DNA from: Chiloscyllium plagiosum
Lineage: Eukaryota
DNA length: 64,000 bases
Reading direction: 5' to 3'
NCBI RefSeq assembly: GCF_004010195.1
Contig: NC_057719.1
Location: 67,601,048 to 67,665,047, forward strand
This document shows, in pieces, positions 1-12,550 of the stretch. Position 1 is the stretch's first letter. Every line of letters begins with the position of its first letter. The notes under the pieces were generated by a model. The model was given only the letters and a program-made list of their open reading frames with translations. It was not told the DNA's origin and did no database searches. Position numbers and translations under genes: made by a program.

Positions 1-90
1 AATCTAGTCCCACCTGCCAGCACCCGGCCCATATCCCTCCAAACCCTTCCTATTCATATACCTATCCAAATGCCTCTTAAATGTCGCAAT
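1..90 (-). mobile_element. CR1-clade LINE (HER1-like) 3' fragment, cut by the window edge
   Basis: The reverse complement closely matches the CR1 3' end at ~14435-14525 (attgcaacatttaa...ggcaggtgggactagatt). Confidence 0.85.
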
Positions 91-344
91 TCATGAGGGG
101 AGGCTGGCAGTTCCCTGGCAAGGGGTGGGTGAGAGAAAACCCATAAGGAAGATTCACCAGAGGTGGGTGGTGGTAGACACTCCCTCATCTGGTGGACTGA
201 AAATTTTACACTGACTCCCTTCTCATGGGTAAACCACAGCAGGATGATGGGCACGGAGGGTGGTTATGGTTCTCTGGCATTTTATGCACCCTCCAATCAT
301 CCTGCCATCTAATGGCAAGAGGATGTGGGACATGAACACCTTGC

Positions 345-545
345 TATGGAGTAGGTGGGACAAATAGTACTGCTACCATTTAAGATTAAGGTTCATACGA
401 TCATGACAGCAAAAGGAATAGTAGGTTACCTTGATAGGATTAAATGCATAGTGTGTAGGAGGGTCATATGATGCATAAAGTACAGAATAGACCAGTTAAG
501 CTAAATGGATTATTTCAATGCTGTAGGTCCTTTGTAATTTGATGT
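345..545 (+). mobile_element. Old CR1 3' end/UTR relic
   Basis: Degenerate resemblance to CR1 termini elsewhere in the window (...gaccagttaagctaaatggattatttcaatgctgtag...). Confidence 0.45.
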
Positions 546-1294
546 ACCACCCTTATTCTTCTTAAAGTAGAGCTTAAGGGATCGGGTACATCCACCTGAA
601 AACATCAATGCTTCCTCAGTTTAACATCTCATTTGAAAGACAGCTGCTGAACATCCATAAAGAGGGATTGTGGAATCGATATCTGTTCTGATGCCATCCT
701 AAAGATATTTGTGCTCTGTGGGGAGGAGATGCCTTCCAGCTGCGACACACTAGTCAACAGAATCAATTAGGTGGCGCAGGAGTCAATCTCAGTCCATTAC
801 CTTGGGGTGCCTTCAGAATCAGGGACACACTAACACCCCTCTTCACTGTTGAAGGGCTAGCCACCCATCCCCATTCTGTCCTGTCAGCTGGGGAAGGATT
901 TAGATCCTGGCCTCACACACTATTTAACGGCATATACACACAGATTCTCAGGTTAAACATTCCTCATGTGTTACAAGTCATTCTCTTCACTTTCATGTTG
1001 TTTGTAAGGCCTGGAAAAAATCCAGATCACTCCAGGGTTGGCCCTGTGTCTAAGAAGAGAGTTGAAGCAAATGTAATTAAACCCCTCATTAGCATGGCTG
1101 ATAACGTCAGCGGTTTGACTCCGAGGACAGTGTAGGCAGAGAGTTAGCAAAAACTCTGAAACATTCCTGCCTTCAGTTTGTTGTAGGATACTCAGAGAGG
1201 TTTGCTGCAGCTGTCCAAAGGTGTCCCTCTGTTTGCTAATGAAGAAAGAATAAGGTCGAAAGTCAGGTACACTTTCTTCTGTCTTCAAGATGCA

Positions 1295-2582
1295 TTTGGA
1301 CTTGTTTGGTGACAGGCAACATGGGTTTGTGCAGGGAAGGTCATGGTTCACCAACTTTCTTGAGTTTTTGAGGAGGTGACAAGAATGATTGATGAGGTAA
1401 GGGCAGTGAATATTGTCTACATAGACTTTCGTCAGTTTTTGATGAGGTACCCCATGGCATGCTGGTACAAAAGGGGATCCAGGGTGAGCTGGCTAGATGG
1501 ATACAGAACTGGCTTGGCCATAGAAGACAGGGAGTAGTGGTGGAAGGGTGCTTTTCAGAATGGAGATCAGTAACTAATGGTGTCCCAGCGGGATCAGTGC
1601 TGGGACCTTTGTTATTTGTAATATATATAAATGACCTGGAGGAAACTGTAGGTGGTCTGATTAGTACATTTGCAGATGAAACCAAAACAGGCAGACTTGC
1701 AGATAGTGAGAAGGGTTGTCAAAGGATACAGCAGGATATAGATAGGTTGCAGATTTGGGCAGAGAAATGGCAGATGGAGTTTAACCTGGACAAATGTGAG
1801 GTGATGCATTTTGGAAGATCAAATTCAGGTGCGAATTATACAATAAATGGCAGCACCCTTAGAAGCATTGACATAGAAAGATCTGGGCATACAGGTCCAC
1901 AGATCCCTAAAAGTGGTAATACAGGTGGATAAGCTGGTCAGGAGGACATGCAGCACAGTTGCCTTCATCAGCCAGGGCATCGAATAGAAAAGTTGGCAAG
2001 TTATGTTAGAGCTGTACAAAACATTAGGGTTCGGCAACGTTTGGAATATTGTGTGCAGTTCTGGTCACCACACTACCAGAAGGAGGTGGATGCTTCTGAG
2101 ATGGTGCAGTGAAGGCTTACCAGGATGTTACCTTGTCTGGAGAGTTTTAGTTATGAAAAGAGTTTGGATAAAGTTGGATTGTTTTCATTGGAAAGATGGA
2201 GGCTGAGGGGCAACCTGATAGAGGTCAACAAAATTATGAGAAGTATTGATAGGGTGGACAGTCAGAGGCTTTTTCCCAGAGTGGAAAGGTCAACCACAAG
2301 AGGGCACAGATTCAAGGTGAGAGGGGGCAAGCTTAGGGGAGAAGTGCGGGAAAAGTCTTTCACACGCAGGGTGGTTAGTGCCTGGAATGCATTGCCAGTG
2401 GTGGTGGAGAAAGCAGGCACATTAGCAACGTTTGAGGTATATCTTGATAGACACATGAATGGGAGGCGAACAGAGGGAAAGAAATCATGTATGGGCAATA
2501 AGTAGTGGATCTAAATAAAGATTAGGAATTGGCAAAGGCTTAGTGGACTGGGGGTCCTGTTCCTGTGCTATTGTATTGTACT
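1295..2582 (+). mobile_element. CR1 LINE, 5'-truncated; frameshifted reverse transcriptase, C-terminus and 3' UTR
   Basis: QHGFVQGRS..TNFLEF, VTNGVPAGSVLGPLLFVIYINDL, FADETK, WAEKWQMEFNLDKCEVMHFG and GLFSLERWRLRGNLIEV...WNALP lie in shifting frames (ORFs 1459-1932 and 2125-2505). Confidence 0.95.
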
Positions 2583-4799
2583 GACATGTTGATTCCTGAG
2601 GCACAGAGCAGAGGGAAGCTTACCTGATGACTGATGAGATTATTGGATTTGAGCAAAGCAAGCACAGAGACAAATGGAATTTCCTGAAAATAATACTTCC
2701 AAAGCCAATTTTCATTTAAAAAAATGAGTGCCACAATGTATGTGGATGCAAGCTGGTCAACATAACATGAATTTTCATTCACTGATTGAGGTTGGTTCAG
2801 CTGTGCTTTAAATTTCATAACTACTGAAGTGGCACAAGCTGAAAGAAGCCATGTCAATGGGATTTACATTGTTACAAGTCGTAACTGCAGTGTTGGCATA
2901 TCTACATGGCCATGGCCAAGGACAACTGCCCCCACTGAGGGAACCAATTACCTAGCTTTGCCACCTGCTGCAAGGAAGCCTATAACATTGACATGGGTCT
3001 TCCAATGGCAGTCAAGGTCATGACTGAACACACTATGTCTCTGGTTCAAACCAGTCTATCACATATGCATATGCCATTATGAATTGGGAATGTATTAACA
3101 CCATAGGATATTTAAGGATGTTCATTATTAATGAGCTCTAATCTTGTTATGTGTAATTTGGCTATTGAAGCTGCAATAATAATGTGCGCATTTATTAAGA
3201 CTTGACCTTGGTAAAAGGTTTCGTTGGTTTCTATAACTTAATGGTGGATTGAAAATGCCTTTAATGTCCATTCTAATATTTGATTAGCTCTGCAGATAAT
3301 ACATTGGCCTTCTATACCAAATGGCTTCTGTGAATGGTTAATAACTATACCTAGATCTTTTGATTTACTTTTGCTTTAAAATATGGAAATTTATTAAAAA
3401 TATTCTGCAAAAGAATATATGTGAGCTGTATGTCCCATATCCCTCAAAGACCTCCTTAAATTATCCAATTATGAATACATTTGTTATAAAATGGGCAATC
3501 ATGCATTTTCATTCAAAAATACAGATTATATCAATTGCAGTTCCAGATGCTGAGGCAATTTTCTCTGAAGTTGAAGAATTTGGTCTCAATTCAACTGCCG
3601 TAAGCTGTTGGAAACTGTGGGCCTGTAGCTGGGCTGGAGACTATGACGGGAAGGTGCTTAGTGTCCATTAAAATAATAAGTTTCAATTACCCCATGTTTC
3701 TTCCCTCCTTTCCTGTGTGACCCCCCATATTAATACGTTGTCTTAAAATTTGAACCATTAACTCTCCTTCCAAAGACGCTCTCTGACCTTCAGACTATTC
3801 CCAGCAGTTTCTGGGACTGAATAAAAGCAATTTATTCTGCTTTTAAAGTAATGGTTTAGAATCATTAATCTCCAGGTCTGGCTCTGATGAGATCCTCAAC
3901 AAGCTCACCAGCTAATTATTATGCCCATTTATTTTTGCAAAGACCATGTTCAGATTACTCATTGGAGTCTATGAGCTGCATGGAGATGAGACTGGAGGAA
4001 GAAGGGTCACAATTTCCTATCATCGTTGGCAAGCCAGTCCCCTGCCATGTTTCCAGCTTTGGGATATTTCATTCCAAAAGGTGTGTCAGAGAGCAGGGGG
4101 AGATAACGGGATAGCTGCATGCCCAGAAGCTGCAAGTGCTCCAATTGGTTAATTTCAAACCACTCACCACACACTGACTAGAAATTCTCTTGTCTCTTTA
4201 GTGCCATTTTCGCTGTTTGTTGAAACGCTCTTCAGAGAACCTATCTATCTGAGGAAACCTCTCTGTTTCTGTTTGCTTCAGCATTGCCCATAACATTGGG
4301 GCTGTAGATCTGTCAACGCTGAAGAGCCTCCTATTGGACTTCCAATCTTGGGAGCACACCCCCCATTTGCCAACAGCATGGATTCTGGCCACCGAAGGTT
4401 GTGACAGGTGCTTAAACATTTCTGTTTATGAGCTGTTTGAAACAGCCAAAATGTGGCTCCCCAGCTTGGAACAAACATTCACTCCAAATATTCTGCTCAT
4501 GTTTTCCACAGACCAAGATATGGATTTTCACCATGGAAATGGGAAACATGAGCTTGGCTTTTTCTGTGTCAGCAAGCCAAGAGTACACCCTAATTGAAAG
4601 TGAGACTGGCTCCCTGTGCAGGAATTCAGACAGGTTTCAGATGCCAGTAAGTCTGAGGCAGCCAATTGTCCTGACGGGGAAGAGGTATTATTCTAAAGCC
4701 TGCCACCCCATGAGAAAAAGGAGGGCAGTCCTTTTTCAGGATGGTAGCTGGAGGAGGAAATCTATTCATGGGGCAGATGCACCTCTTGGTCAAGTGTCA

Positions 4800-4990
4800 T
4801 TTAACACTGTCTCCAGTGTGCTTCATTGTGTTCTTGTAGATGGTGGACGGGCTTTGAGGAGTCAGGGTGTGAATTACTCACTGCAAGATTCCATGCCTCT
4901 GACCTGCTCATGTAGCAACAGCACTTACATGGCTAGTCCAGTGCAGTTTCTGTGAATGGTAAACCCCAGAAGTTGATAGTAGGGGTGACA
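4800..4990 (-). mobile_element. Non-LTR retrotransposon (CR1-group) RT C-terminal fragment
   Basis: The minus strand reads QKLHWTSHVSAVAT*AGQRHGILQ*VIHTLTPQS, a typical post-RT LINE segment with stops. Confidence 0.7.
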
Positions 4991-4997
4991 AATCATG

Positions 4998-5570
4998 ATC
5001 TGAAAATGTGTTGCTGGAAAAGCGCAGCAGGTCNNNNNNNNNNNNNNNNNNNNNNNNNNNNNNNNNNNNNNNNNNNNNNNNNNNNNNNNNNNNNNNNNNN
5101 NNNNNNNNNNNNNNNNNNNNNNNNNNNNNNNNNNNNNGGGTGGAGGCGGAGAGGTCAGGAAGAAGATTGCAGGTTAGGAAGGCGGTGCTGAGTTCGAGGG
5201 ATTTGACTGAGACAAGGTGGGGGGAGGGGAAATGAGGAAACTGGAGAAATCTGAGTTCATCCCTTGTGGTTGGAGGGTTCCCAGGCAGAAGATGAGGCGC
5301 TCTTCCTCCCACCGTCGTGTTGCCATGGTCTGGCGATGAAGGAGTCCAAGGACCTGCACGTCCTTGGTGGAGTGGGAGGGGGAGTTAAAGTGTTGGGCTA
5401 CGGGGTGGTTGGATTGGGTTGGTTGGTCCGGGTGTCCCAGAGGTGTTCTCTGAAATGTTCTGCAAGTAGGCGGCCTGTCTCCCCAATATAGAGGAGGCCA
5501 CATCGGGTGCAGAGGATGCAATAGATGATGTGTGTGGAGGTGCAGGTGTCTCCTCTCCTAACCTGCAATG
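4998..5570 (-). mobile_element. Penelope-like element 3' part: GIY-YIG endonuclease and pseudo-LTR (contains N gap 5034-5137)
   Basis: The minus strand reads TCTSTHIIYCILCTRCGLLYIGETGRLLAEHFREH...HPVAQHFNSPSH...EEERLIFCLGTLQPQGMNSDF. A short inverted pLTR piece (tcctaacctgcaat) lies at ~5556-5569. Confidence 0.93.
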
Positions 5571-6057
5571 GACCATTATGTCTGCTACTATGACTTCAGA
5601 GGAGTAACCACTTTAACCTCTGATGCACATGTGCCCTTACCTTTTTAAACTTACCTCTATGGTGTATTCACGACTGGTACTTATCTAGCATCAACTCACC
5701 TGAGACAGGCAGTCATATTTAGGAAGATCCAATAAGTTTTCAGAGATGGGATTTTAACAAGATCTTATCTACTTTGACTTGTCTGTTTGGAGAGTTATAT
5801 TCCACACCACTTCATCAAGATTGGCAATTCTGGAAATGAAGGCAGATATTCGTCTGAATCTGGTCACAGCAATCCGATCCAATTTCACCCTGAATCAAGA
5901 TAGAAACAATTACTTTTGTGCTCTTGGTTTTAAATTAGCAGAGATACTTGTTTTATCACTTCTTTATTTCCTTCTGTCATTATCTAATTTTCCTTGTAAT
6001 GTCACTTCTGTTGCAGGCTTAATCCTTTATGAGCTCAAGAGATCCATACTGTACACT

Positions 6058-6720
6058 AGTCACAGAATCATACAGCACAGAGACAGACCCTTTAGTCCAA
6101 CTAATCCATGCTGACCAAGTTTCCCAAACTTGCCTGCATTTCGCCTGTATCCATCTAAACCTTACCTGAACATGTAATTATCCAAATGGCTTTTAAAAGT
6201 CGTAACTCTGTGTGAAAACGTTGCCCCTCAAGGTTCTTTTAAATCTTTCTCCTCTCACCTAAAAAAAATAGCCCCCCAGTTTTGAATTCCTTACTGTAGG
6301 GAAAAGATCTTTGCTGTTCATCTTATCAATGGCTCTCATGGTTTTACAAATCTCTCGAACTGTCTCTCACCCCTCAACTTCCTACACTCCAGTGAAAAAG
6401 TCCCAGTCTATCCACCCTATCCTTATAACTCAAACCCTCCAGTGCTGGCAACATCCTGATAAATCTTTTCTCAACCCTCTTCAATTTAATATTTCAGTGA
6501 TCAGAAGTGGTCATCGTACACCCGAAGAGGCCTCACCAATGTTCTGTAAAACCTCAACATGACTTCCCAACTCCTATACTCAGTGGTCTGAGCAATGAAG
6601 GCATGCGTACTAAACACCTCCTTAACTACCCTGTCTACATGTGAGGCTTATTTCAAAGATCTGTGTACCTAAAATCCTAAGTCTCTCTGTTCGACAACAC
6701 TACTCAAGGCTCTATCATGT
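6058..6720 (-). mobile_element. CR1 LINE 3' portion, degenerate
   Basis: Starts with the antisense CR1 tail (cacagaatcatacagcacagagacagaccc) and is homologous to the 14105-14606 and 7933-8481 copies. Confidence 0.85.
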
Positions 6721-7932
6721 TTGTTTTATCAGCATAGTTGATGTATTGTGATTTAATAAGACTTTCAACCTGCAAGCAAAAATGTTACAGGTTTAAGTTT
6801 TTTTTAAACAGAGTCATCCTGGGATTTACATTAAAATAGAATACAAAATCAAGGACAAAAAAAAACAATTTGTTCTGCTGGTGAGGAAGCCTTTCATAAT
6901 TCATGAGTAACTTTGTCAGAAAAACTGCAGTAACCTTCAATAAAAGTTAGAGGTTTCTGGGAATTGTAGCAGATACAGTTTCAAACCAACGTAATTTCCA
7001 TTATGGGATACTGAATATACAAGTACATTAGTTGAGGAGGACCAGTCTACAAAGCTGTACATAGGGTATTATTATGATCATAAAGCAGCCCAAGTCAGGC
7101 ACTCTACACAAGAATATCAATCTAATTTCATACTCGATGAAGAGATAGAATGGAGTAGCATGTTTTCTTTATTTTGAATTTACAGCTTACTTACAATCAA
7201 TACTTTCAGCTAAATTTTCCGAACTGCGATGTTGCATGGAGTCGAATCAATTTTATTGCACTTCTCAGTACAGTTGAGGTTGGATACCATTCTAGAAAAG
7301 CAGTGTCATTTAATTTACATATCTGAGCAGTGGTGATAAAAAGTTTTTGAGTACATATAACTGCTGTGTTTATTGAAGTACATTTTGTCAGTACATTATC
7401 AAACAACAAACAAGTTGTGGTGAATTTGAAAAATAGTGGTAGCCCACAATGCAATCCATGGGCAGAACATTTTAGCTTTGGAAAAGAGCCCTATGTCAGG
7501 GTCAAATGAAAGTCCTGATCCCGCATTGTGTCAGGGCTATTCATCTTCAAGTGATGCTTTTACTGAATTGCCAGTATGCGTGCAGAAGTCATGCTCTTCA
7601 TTTAATTAAGGCCATCAATGGTGGGGGACAAATGGGAAGCCATCCTGCTCGGAAGGCCCTGTAGCCTGCTAGTGCAGATAATGGAGAAAGAGGGTGCCAT
7701 CTAAGATGCCATCTCAGCAGCTTTGAAGAGATCTAAATAAAAGATTTCCACTCGTGCCAGGCTACCATTATAGAGGGCTTGAAACTACAACTGTGAACAC
7801 TTGGGCTTCAAAATCTGCCTAGTCTGCTGCTTGGAAACCGCCTCCTGAAAACTGGTCTATTTCCAACACCGCAAGTGGCCTCTTCTGCAGCCTAACTGGA
7901 ATTTTCCAGTCAGCTTCTGATATTTACGTTAT

Positions 7933-8481
7933 GAACAAAGAACAAAGAAAATTACAGCACAGGAACAGGTCCTTTGGCCCTCCAAGCCTGCGTCGATCTA
8001 AACCTGTCGCCTATTTTCCAAGGATCTGTATCCTTCTGCTCCCTGCCCATTCATATATCTGTCTAGATACAACATAAATAATGCTATCTTTCCTGCCTCT
8101 ATCACCTCTGCTGGCAATGCATTCCAGGTACCCACCACCCTCTGTGTAAAGAACGTTCTGCACATATTTTCCTTAAACTTTTCCCCTCTCACCTTGAACT
8201 CATGACCCGTAGTAATTGTGTCCCCACTCTGGGAAACGCCTCTTGCTATCCACCCTGTCTATACCTGTTATGATTTTGTCGACCTCCATCAGGCCCCCTC
8301 CCCCAACCTGCATCTTTCTAATGAAAATAATCCTAATCTACTCAACCTCTCTTCATAGCTAGCACCTCCTACAACAGGCAACATCCTGGTGAACCCCCTC
8401 TGCACCCTTTCCAAAGCATCCACATCCTTCTGGTAATGTGGCGACCAGAACTGGACACAGTTTTCCAAATGTGGCCAAACT
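7933..8481 (-). mobile_element. CR1 LINE 3' portion
   Basis: ORF 7998-8192 (FFTQRVVGTWNALPAEVIEAG..LDRYMNG), with the antisense tail repeat gaacaaagaacaaag. Confidence 0.9.
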
Positions 8482-10589
8482 TACTATTTTCAGGCAGGTA
8501 GCCCTACTCTTTCTGAACTCCCCTCTGGAAAAATGGCAGAGGCCAAGATGATGCCAACAAACCAGCACACATGCCTTCAACCACATTAGTGCCTGCCTTT
8601 GCTCTCACTGCTCTTTCAGGTCGGAGATTCAACCCTAACGCTTACAGATAAATTTATCTTCCTGTGAAGATGTTTTTTTTCTAGAGGAACTACAATCACC
8701 ATGTTTGGAATGAAACTTTAGATAAGTTGCATTTCAAGCAAATAAAATCTGACTGGATACTTTCATAATAAGCTGCAAACTGTTACATTATAAAGTTACA
8801 ATCATTATTTGATAATCAATATATCTCTTAATAATAAATCAGTGACACAGAACAGTTTCATTTCACAGTGTTGCACAAAATTTGATCCAACAACTGAACT
8901 GAAAAATTATGTATAGATATAAACTGCATTGCACTCTACAGTTTGATATATGCATATTTCCTATATATAGATATAAAGGAGTATATTGATCCTCGGTCTT
9001 CCTATCCTTGCATAATCCAGGATACACCAGGAATCTTTTAATTACATCAAAATGTAATATATTGGGTTAGTACCAGATTATAACAGCTGCATGAACACTG
9101 AAACTGTTCACAACAGTTGAAATTACATCTAACAGTGTTCTCCTCATTTCACATTTGATGCTGGTCCTAAGTTGCTCCAGGGTAATGCAGTTGTCAACAC
9201 ATACACATTTCTTTAGGTAATTCCACAGGAAGAAATCACAGCTTTAAATCTGATGAAGTGCTGATGCCAGATGTGTTCTGTGCAGTTACCAACAAGTTAC
9301 ATTTCTAAAACATCAGACTCCCCAGGGCCCTAGACATGGCACTACTATCTTTTAGGCACTACTTTCTTTCAGAGACACAGCACCCTCTTTGATATGCCTT
9401 TCCTGCTTTGGACAACAAGTCAAAGCTTTATGGGCACAGGAAAATTCAGAGTTAATTGTCACCAATTTGACAGTCAATTCCAACTGCATTTAACAATTAC
9501 AACTGCTATTTCTTTGACTGAAGATGCTTTAGTCGAAGGATGGATTTTAAAAGTTTGGTGTCTAGGCAGCAGGGAGCCCAGCAGCATGTGGGGATCCTGA
9601 AGGATTCAGCAACATGTTTGTCTGTTCCTTTTTTTAAATACAGCCACGACACTGGAATCTACCTTTCAGTTTCCAACCAATTTGCTGGGGCGGCTATGAT
9701 TTCATAAGTGCATTTCAGCTGGACTTCTTAAAAAGATCTCTGCTGGGATAAAAGTTAAAAGATTAGCCAAATATTGCGACAAGGAAGAGAAAAAGGCAGA
9801 AATGGATTCACAAACTTCACTTTGCTGATGCCTGTCTATAGCCTATGCTACAGGCTGTAATGGATTGCAAAATGTTTCCTGCTGATAGGAGGAAAAAGCC
9901 ACCACAGAGAATATAACGGCATGGCAGGAACTTGTTCAGGTGGTATGGTCCTGCACACAGAGTTTGAAGAAGTTTAATAACCTAATCAGGTCAGAAAAGG
10001 TGAGTAGCCATTGCACATTCAAGTGTATCCTGATGGGTGCCTAACCACAAACTCGATCCCTTCACTCTACCTGCCCAGGCCTACTGATACACATCACACT
10101 ATTTATTAGCTTACTTTACAACAGCACCCTTTCCCTGCTGCATAGGCACAATCTTACTTACAGTCAAACTATCCACCACTCACACTCACCCTCATTTTAT
10201 TGTAATTTCAAGATTCCTCCTCACAATGACCCTTCATAAATGTTGTCCATCCATCCACTCAACAAATTCTAAGACTGTCATTCATATGTTTCTTATTTTC
10301 TTCACTACTGAAAAGAGCACTGGACACCATGGAGAAGGAGAGAAATGGAGGTGGCCCTTCACTCAGCTCCTTATTGACAACTGCAGAGGAGGAGGCACTG
10401 GCGATAAACTGGGTCTTGCCAAGCCCATGTATTGAAGATGGAGTGATGGGAGGAAATCTCTCACATATATGGTGACAGAATTAACTATCACACAGTTACC
10501 TGGTATACAAGGTTCACTCTTGAAAGCTTCATGTTGTCAGTCACTAAAATACAAAAATATGTACAATCATAATTCCTACTTTACCAATG

Positions 10590-10950
10590 TCAACAGTGTG
10601 TCAGTTGACAACATTCTTATCTCTGAATCTGAAAGTGTGTATTCACGAGCCACTCCATGACTTGAAAACAAAAGTCAAGGTTTGCAGCTCTCAAGGAGCA
10701 CCATGTTTCAAATAAGACATTCAAGTGAAGTGCTTTTTATTCTCAGTGAATGTAAAACATCCCATGGAACTCGACTGAAAAAGGCCATGGGAGTTATCCT
10801 TAATGTTCTGGACAGTCTTGATCCCTTAACCAGCATCATAACAACAAATTGGCTGCCATATCTCCAATATGAAACATGAACTACATTTCAAAGATAATTG
10901 ATTAGCAGTAAATCATTTTAGGATGTCCTGAGGTCAGGAGAAACTCTATG
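10590..10950 (+). mobile_element. DeuSINE (SacSINE1/AmnSINE1-like), decayed
   Basis: tRNA-like head, Deu core (tttcaaataagacatt...catcccatggaact...gggagttatcc...aaattggctgcc) and L2-like tail (ggatgtcctgaggtc). Confidence 0.65.
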
Positions 10951-11113
10951 GAGAAACAGATGATAATAATCCAACACACTCTCAGCTCTGTGCCACTGCC
11001 ATTCATTCAGATCCTTGTTGATCTGCAACCTAACTCCATATACCCAACTTTGCCAGATGCCACTTAATATTTTTGAATACTGTATCAAAAATCTGTTTTA
11101 AAATGTAATAAGT

Positions 11114-11330
11114 AGAATCATAGAGATGTACAGTACAAAAGCAGACCCTTCAGTCCAACTCGTTCATGCCAATCAGATATCCTGAATTAATCTTGTCCCG
11201 TTTGCCAGCATTGACCCATATCCCTCTAAACCCTTAATATCCATATACACATCCGGAAGCCTTTCAAATGTTGTAATTCTAATTGCCGCTTAGGTCCATT
11301 TTAAATCTTACCCCTCTCACCTCTCACCTA
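11114..11330 (-). mobile_element. CR1 LINE 3' end fragment
   Basis: agaatcatagagatgtacagtacaaaagcagacccttcagtccaac is antisense to the 14550-14606 tail. Confidence 0.85.
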
Positions 11331-12178
11331 TTAATTAAGCAAATATACATTCAATCTTTCTTTCCTCCTTAACAATTCCAACTCCTACCTTCACTTTCCC
11401 AGAAATCCTTCAAACTTACCTCAGGAGGAGGACAAAGATGCTAAGGAGCGGGCATTTACTCTGAGGATGCACCAATTCATTTGAACTGTCCACTAGCTCA
11501 TGTTCCTCACTGGGACTGGGAAGACAGTACATTAGATTTTCAACTGGTGTCTCACCTGTGACAAGTGAGCAAGAGGAACTGATAGAGTCAGGAAAAGCAC
11601 TGGGATCCTCCATCAGAAAGCATAGATTGTTCCCAACCATACTCAGTTGGACATAGCTGGTGAACCCCAGGGGCTGTCAATGAATAGGATCAGAGGAGAA
11701 AGTGAGGTCTGCAGATGCTGGAGATCAGAGCTGAAAATGTGTTGCTGGTAAAGCACAGCAGGTCAGGCAGCATCGAAGGAACAGGAGAATCGATGTTTCG
11801 GGCATAAGCCCTTCATCAGGAATGAGGAAAGTGTGTTTAGCAGGCTAAGATAAAAGGTAGGGAGGAGGGACTTGGGGGAGGGGCGTTGGAAATGTGATAG
11901 GTGGAAAGAGGTCAAGGTGAGGGTGATAGGTTAGAGTGGGGTGGGGGCGGAGAGGTCAGGAAGAAGATTGTAGGTTAGGAGGGCGGTGCTGAGTTCGAGG
12001 GATTTGACTGAGACAAGGTGGGGGGAGAGGAAATGAGGAAACTGGTGAAATCCGAGTTCATCCCTTGTGGTTGGAGGGTTCCCAGGCGGAAGATGAGGCG
12101 CTCTTCCTCCAACTGTCGTGTTGTACAACAACACGACGGTTGGAGGAAGAGCGCCTCATCTTCCGCCTGGGAACCCTC

Positions 12179-12350
12179 CAACCACAAGGGATGAACTCGG
12201 ATTTCACCAGTTTCCTCATTTCCTCTCCCCCCACCTTGTCTCAGTCAAATCCCTCGAACTCAGCCAACCACAAGGGATGAACTCGGATTTCACCAGTTTC
12301 TTCATTTCCTCTCCCCCCACCTTGTCTCAGTCAAATCCCTCGAACTCAGC
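12179..12350 (+). repeat. 86-bp direct tandem duplication inside the right arm of the fold-back
   Basis: caaccacaaggg...gaactcagc occurs at 12179-12264 and 12265-12350, with one mismatch seen. Confidence 0.9.
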
Positions 12351-12514
12351 ACCGCCCTCCTAACCTACAATCTTCTTCCTGACCTCTCCGCCCCCACTCC
12401 ACTCTAACCTATTACCCTCACCTTGACCTCTTTCCACCTATCACATTTCTAACGCCCCTCCCCCAAGTCCCTCCTCCCTACCTTTTATCTTAGCCTGCTG
12501 AACACACTTTCCTC

Positions 12515-12550
12515 ATTCCTGATGAAGGGCTTATGCCCGAAACATCGATT
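12515..12550 (+). ncRNA. Minimal type-I hammerhead ribozyme motif in a PLE pLTR (mirror copy on the minus strand at ~11788-11823)
   Basis: CTGATGA-A-GGGC-TTAT-GCCC-GAAA-CA-TC. PLE pseudo-LTRs are known to carry such minimal hammerheads. Confidence 0.7.

Noticed and set aside
4428..4955. 175-aa ORF as a host gene
   Set aside because: No recognisable domain, and its 3' third is the antisense of a LINE relic.
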